This document shows, in pieces, positions 59,369 through 64,000 of a stretch of DNA of 64,000 nucleotides. Position 1 is the first letter of the stretch; every line of letters begins with the position of its first letter. The stretch is from Monocercomonoides exilis PA203. Taxonomy: Eukaryota > Protista > Preaxostyla. Made by a program: the position numbers and the translations under genes. The notes beneath the pieces are model-generated. The model had not been told where the DNA came from. It did no database searches and worked only from the letters and a program-made list of their open reading frames with translations. Where the stretch lies: the NCBI GenBank assembly GCA_001643675.2, contig LSRY02000026.1, positions 806,001 through 870,000 of the forward strand, given 5' to 3'.

Positions 59369-60218
59369 ACGTGTTTTCCCCCATTTCATTTGAAATATTG
59401 GCTTTTTCATTATTATCAAAAAATTAGCATTCACATTTAATTTTTCCATTTAACGGATATCGATCTTTGAATAATCTGCACACTTCAAAAGTTTTGATTT
59501 CAAAAATAATCACATAAATGATAATAAAATTTATTTTCTTAAAAAAAACTTATTCAGAAAAATAAAATATTTCGTTATCATTGAGATTTTGATGCATTAC
59601 GATTAACATGTTGAATGAAAAATGAATAAGCCATCTGACGTAGAATTATTTGAAATACCTGCGATTTCAACGATGATGATTAGTTTCGAAAAAAGTTAAT
59701 GTTATTAACAGTAATTTTCAAATCATTCAAATTGAGGTTCAATTTCTTTTTATTTTCACATAATAGTTTTTTACAAAAATTACGTGACATAATTTTTTTC
59801 TCAATAACAACAAAAGAAGATATTTTATTAATTTTCCTCCGATTATATTTTGACAATGTGAACTCGTTTGATATGCTAAACAAACAAGCAAGCCTCATTT
59901 GCGCTCAGAAAAATATAAATAACTAAAATCGCGGAGAAACACATAATCCTATATTTCCGAGTAAAAAATATATTTTTTTTCAAATATTCGATTGACATGA
60001 AATTGAATGTTTGACAAGTCAAATTTGTTAGTTTTGTTCAGAAATATATAGAGAATAATAATCAAAATTTCTTCTTTTGTTTTTATCAAGAAATCGATCT
60101 TGTCCGGAATTTTGTTCGATGTGCGGTATTTTGTACACAATCTACAGTGAAACTTTTATTTTGCTTTTTTGAACTTTCTTGTGAAGTTTTGTGAGGGGGA
60201 ACATAAATTGGTTCAATA

Positions 60219-60461
60219 TGTGATGATGTTTTTTGCTTTATGAAATTAGTTCCATTCTGAATATTCGAACGTATTTCTCATTTTTTTAATTTTTCTGTAT
60301 TTTTTTGACATGGAAATGAAAAACTAATAATGATAAAGTTGGAGAAAAAGTTTGGAACTAATCGTTGTTTTTTTCATAAAAGCAAGAATTTTGTCCCGTA
60401 TATGAAAATTATAAATTATAAAAGAATTTTTAACATATGACATTTCAAAAAGAATTGCACA
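60219..60461. mobile_element. Possible degenerate copy of the 20461-20702 MITE
   Basis: Right end TTTCAAAAAGAATTGCACA|TA nearly matches 20684-20704. A weak left end TA|TGTG lies 243 bp away. Confidence 0.4.
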
Positions 60462-60808
60462 TATCATGAATGAGTTTATCAGGAACGATATTCTTTCTTA
60501 TTCTTTTTCTATTCCTTTTTTTTGGAATTGATGAAAATTCAAAAATAACTTTTTTTGCTTCTTTTCATTTTGAAAAACTTATTTTCATCAATCCCCCCCC
60601 CCCCCCCATGAATTACCAAATTTATATTAAAATTTTCATTATATTATTTTAATTCTCTTCGCTATAAACAAGAAATGGACTTGAAAAATTATGTTTATTT
60701 TTATCATCCAGAGGATAACAAAACAATCAATATAATATGTTTGATGTTTCCATTCAAATTTCCAATTTGATCATAAACCATAATTCATTTTAGATATATA
60801 AAAGAAAA

Positions 60809-61831
60809 ATGATTTTTTTGTTATTTTTGGTACTTCATTCGTTAGATTCAGCAATCACGCTGGATGATTTTAACCTTACTGGAATTTCACACGATCCGTT
60901 TGAATTTTTTATTTGTGCTTGCATTTGAAAGAAGTTGAATTATTTGCATATGATAGAGATGATCCTTACACTCAAAAAACTGAAGATGGAAATGTACGCT
61001 TTAACTTTCGTAAAAAAGTTGGATATTGGCAAGATGAAGAAATTTGTGAGACTGATAATTGCTTGTTTCAGCAAATTGTGATGGATGTAGATGGTCAGTA
61101 TTGTTACTGCTTTGGGGAAGTCAAACCAGAGGATATTAGTTTTCTTGCAAATAATTCTGGACTTGAATTTTCTTGTACGAGCGTTCTATTCATGTCTATT
61201 GATATTTAACTTTTGGACTAATTTTTTTTTTAGATAAATACAATGGCGTCTATACCTCAAGAACTTTAAGTATTAAATTTCAATGTTCCAAACAAGAAAA
61301 TATTGATGTTTCAGTTTTTTCAAAGTTTGCCGTTTTTTAATTGCAAAATTTTAAATCAAAAAAATTTTTTTCAAAATTTGTTTATTTTCTAAAGCTCTGA
61401 AGCTGAAATAATTTGGAAACACCCACAAGGGTGCCCAAATATTAAGCCAGATCCGGACGATCCTAACAACCCAGATAAGCCGGATCCCAAGAAAGATCCA
61501 AAAAAAAAGAAATTGAGCTTTGGATCAGTAATGCTTATAATATTATCTGTTCTTGCTGTTTTGTATTTTGCAATTGGAATTCCCGTGATGGTATGTTTCA
61601 ATTTCTTTTATTTGTATTTTAAAGCTTTGAACAATTTGCTCAAATATTTACGTGATTTTTTTTTCGCAAAAGTATTTCGCACTGAAAAAGAGAGGACTAG
61701 AAATTATTCCATTCGTCAATTTCTGGAAAAGCCTTCCTGGTTTGGTGATTGACGGAGTCAAGTTCTGTTTGTCTCCGTGCCTGAAGTCAAAGAGCGGCTA
61801 CGGAAAAATCGATGAGAAATCCCAAATTTAA
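60809..61831 (+). CDS. ATG27/cation-dependent mannose-6-phosphate receptor-like type I membrane protein (5 exons)
   Basis: Signal peptide MIFLLFLVLHSLDSA, Cys-containing luminal domain ending WKHPQGCP, Pro/Asp linker, TM LSFGSVMLIILSVLAVLYFAIG, tail RGLEIIPFVNFWKSLPGLVIDG (family hallmark), YGKI YxxPhi motif. Confidence 0.8.
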
Positions 61832-62646
61832 CAGAGGAAAATATTTCTTATTCAAACTTTATTTCTGCGAAATAACACTTTTTTTCCTTCAATTTTTCGT
61901 TTTGACAGTTCGAAATACTTTTCTTCTGTTTCTTTCACTTCTTTTCTTTCTTTTTTAAATTTCATTGAAATTAAAACTCTATTTAAAGCGAGTGGTTTTG
62001 TACAGCAGATAACTCTTCAATCACTTTTTTTCACTGTCGCATCTGCTGCTTCATTCAGTTACTGTAATTGAGCCTGTTTTTCTGATCAAATCTTTTTTAG
62101 ATATTTTATTTTGTTTTCTTTAATTTTTCTTTTTTTCTTTTTTTTGGGCTAATCCATTTATTATTTACAAAGTTTCATATAATGTCTCGCTGTTTGCAGA
62201 GAACATAACAAATAGTTTTATCTTCCATTTTGTCACAGCTTTCCAATCGTTTTTCTTCGTTCATACGTTAAACAGAGTTTATGGCTTAACATTCATTTAT
62301 TTCCTTGATTATTAAACAATGGAAAATTTTTCAAAACACATTAATTATGCTTCGATTTTATTTTCGTTATTTAAGAGAGTTTTTTTTCTTCCTCCTTTTT
62401 CATATATATTTTTTTTCTCAGTTTGAAAAAGTAAATATTACACCTTTCACAAAAGCAACAATAAATGATTGGAAAATAAAAGGCAATTTCTAAAATTAGC
62501 TTGCTCTTGGACTCTCAATGCAATGAAATATTAAGTATATTTGTGAAGTTCAAAAATAGATAAAACAGATATTTTTTCGAATTTTTCAAAAAGACTTATT
62601 GTGGGACAATAAAAGACAATTTTTGGAATATTCAGATCAATAAAAA

Positions 62647-63407
62647 ATGGTTTGTTTTATTTATTTCAAGAAGTTCTGTTTAATAAATAACTATAACCAA
62701 TTATATTTGCACTAAATGCTGCCTTTAATTTAGTCTGAAGAACCAAAAGCAACAGTCACCAAGCCAAAAGGAAAGAAGGGAGAGAAGAAAGTCCAGGAAG
62801 TTGTTTCGACAATTCCTCCTCTTGGAGTGTGCAATATTCAGAATATTCATATTTTTTTAAAAAGTATTGCTATTGTGTTTGTTTGTTTAGCCAAATGAAA
62901 CAAGATTTGCTGTCTGCCACATTTATGCTTCATTCAACGACACATTCATCCACGTGACAGACTTGTCAGGACGTGAAACCATTTGCAGAGTTACTGGTTT
63001 GCAATATTTATTTTATAGGAATTCAAATATTTGCGATTTCATTTATTCGATTTTACAGGTGGAATGAAAGTTAAGGCTGATCGTGATGAGTCTTCTCCAT
63101 ACGCTGCTATGATGGCTGCTCAAGATGTTGTTGCAGAGTTTGCTTTAAAAGAACTTCATTATTTAAATTATTGCTCCATTTCTTGTTTGCTGCTTTTATT
63201 AGCTTGAACAAAAAGAACATCACAGCTCTTCACATCAAAATTCGTGGTGTTGGAGGAACAAGGAGCAAGACCCCAGGCCCAGGTGCCCAGGCTGCTCTGC
63301 GCGCAATTGCTCGTGGTGGAATTAAAATTGGAAGAATCGAGGATGTGACACCAATTCCAACCGATTCAACAAGAAAGAAGGGATCTCGCAGAGGTCGTCG
63401 TCTGTAA
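62647..63407 (+). CDS. RPS14: 40S ribosomal protein S14 (uS11), 5 coding exons
   Basis: [77 protein letters not shown]. Introns at 62650-62733, 62827-62890, 62997-63058 and 63138-63202. Confidence 0.98.
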
Positions 63408-63702
63408 AATTTTGTCGCACGATCAAAAGGCTTCTCTTATTCTTTCAATTCACTGGCAAGTTCTTGCTTTTGCATAAAAATATAAAGCTTGAATGATTTG
63501 CATTTTTTAACTTTTAAAAATTTGTGAAAGAAAAGTGAAATTTGTTATCAATAAATTAATCAATTTAAAAATTTGCAACTATTAATTTATGACATAAAAA
63601 TATCTGATTTGTTCTTGTTGTATGCTATTTGAGAGTAGGTTCATTTGCAATAAAAAAGCCCATAACATTAAAATTCTGAAATATTGAGGTTTTTTTTAAC
63701 CT

Positions 63703-64000
63703 ATGGCGCGCCTCGACCAACTATTTTCACTTCTGCAAAGTGTGCTCCATATTATTTTTTGTTTTTTGTTTCAATGTTATGTTTTGATGGAAGATGGTTC
63801 AACTGCTATGGTCCGTAAGGCTGCTGCTCGCCAGATTGCGGGAATTGTAAAGTCAACTCCAACAATTTTGAAAGGAACATTGAATAAAGTTTGTCGTCTT
63901 TTGTTTCATTGTTGCTAGACGATTATTTACACATTTCTATGTCAGATCAAAGAAATCATTCTTTCAAACTCTTGGGATGCACGAACGGCAGCAGCATTCG
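63703..64000 (+). CDS. BTAF1: 5' end of TBP-associated Snf2 ATPase Mot1/BTAF1 (partial, runs off window)
   Basis: Spliced MARLDQLFSLLQ-NGSTAMVRKAAARQIAGIVK...LNK-IKEIILSNSWDARTAAA matches the Mot1 N-terminal pattern RLD.L..LL..GST...R..AA.Q....W..R.AA. Confidence 0.85.

Noticed and set aside
56656-60652. Short F/K/I/N-rich ORFs in the MITE region as transposase remnants
   Set aside because: AT-rich chance ORFs with no DDE, HTH or RT motifs.
1-64000. tRNA, rRNA, snoRNA, CRISPR arrays, telomeric repeats
   Set aside because: None recognised by eye. tRNAscan-SE/Infernal would be needed to exclude small ncRNAs.

Overview
This is an AT-rich eukaryotic protist genome segment with short spliceosomal introns (mostly GTTTG/GTATG donors, many AAG acceptors). 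The gene families and intron style suggest a Monocercomonoides-like oxymonad (inference). Recognisable housekeeping genes are a GNB1L/ASA1-like WD40 gene, TPT1, an ATG27/CD-M6PR-like receptor, RPS14 and the 5' end of MOT1/BTAF1. The window also holds a 1964-aa intronless helical protein, two intact members plus one relic of a lineage-specific family, and an unannotated 53-aa 8-Cys microprotein. It is dominated by three ~9.2-kb intronless paralogs encoding giant receptor-like proteins: N-terminal hydrophobic leader, beta-helix/Cys-motif ectodomain, one TM helix, and a C-lobe-only pseudokinase. The most striking structure is an ~18.2-kb palindrome (arms 36460-45490 and 45584-54613, 93-bp spacer). 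Its inner ends fall exactly on the terminal inverted repeats of a TA-flanked MITE-like element. It places an intact receptor gene tail-to-tail with a chimeric copy carrying three nonsense codons, and the three paralogs are patchwork mosaics of one another. Together these suggest transposon-seeded palindrome formation plus segmental gene conversion diversifying a surface-receptor family (hypothesis). Intergenic regions at 19.9-20.7 kb and 56.6-60.5 kb are nests of MITE/foldback elements.
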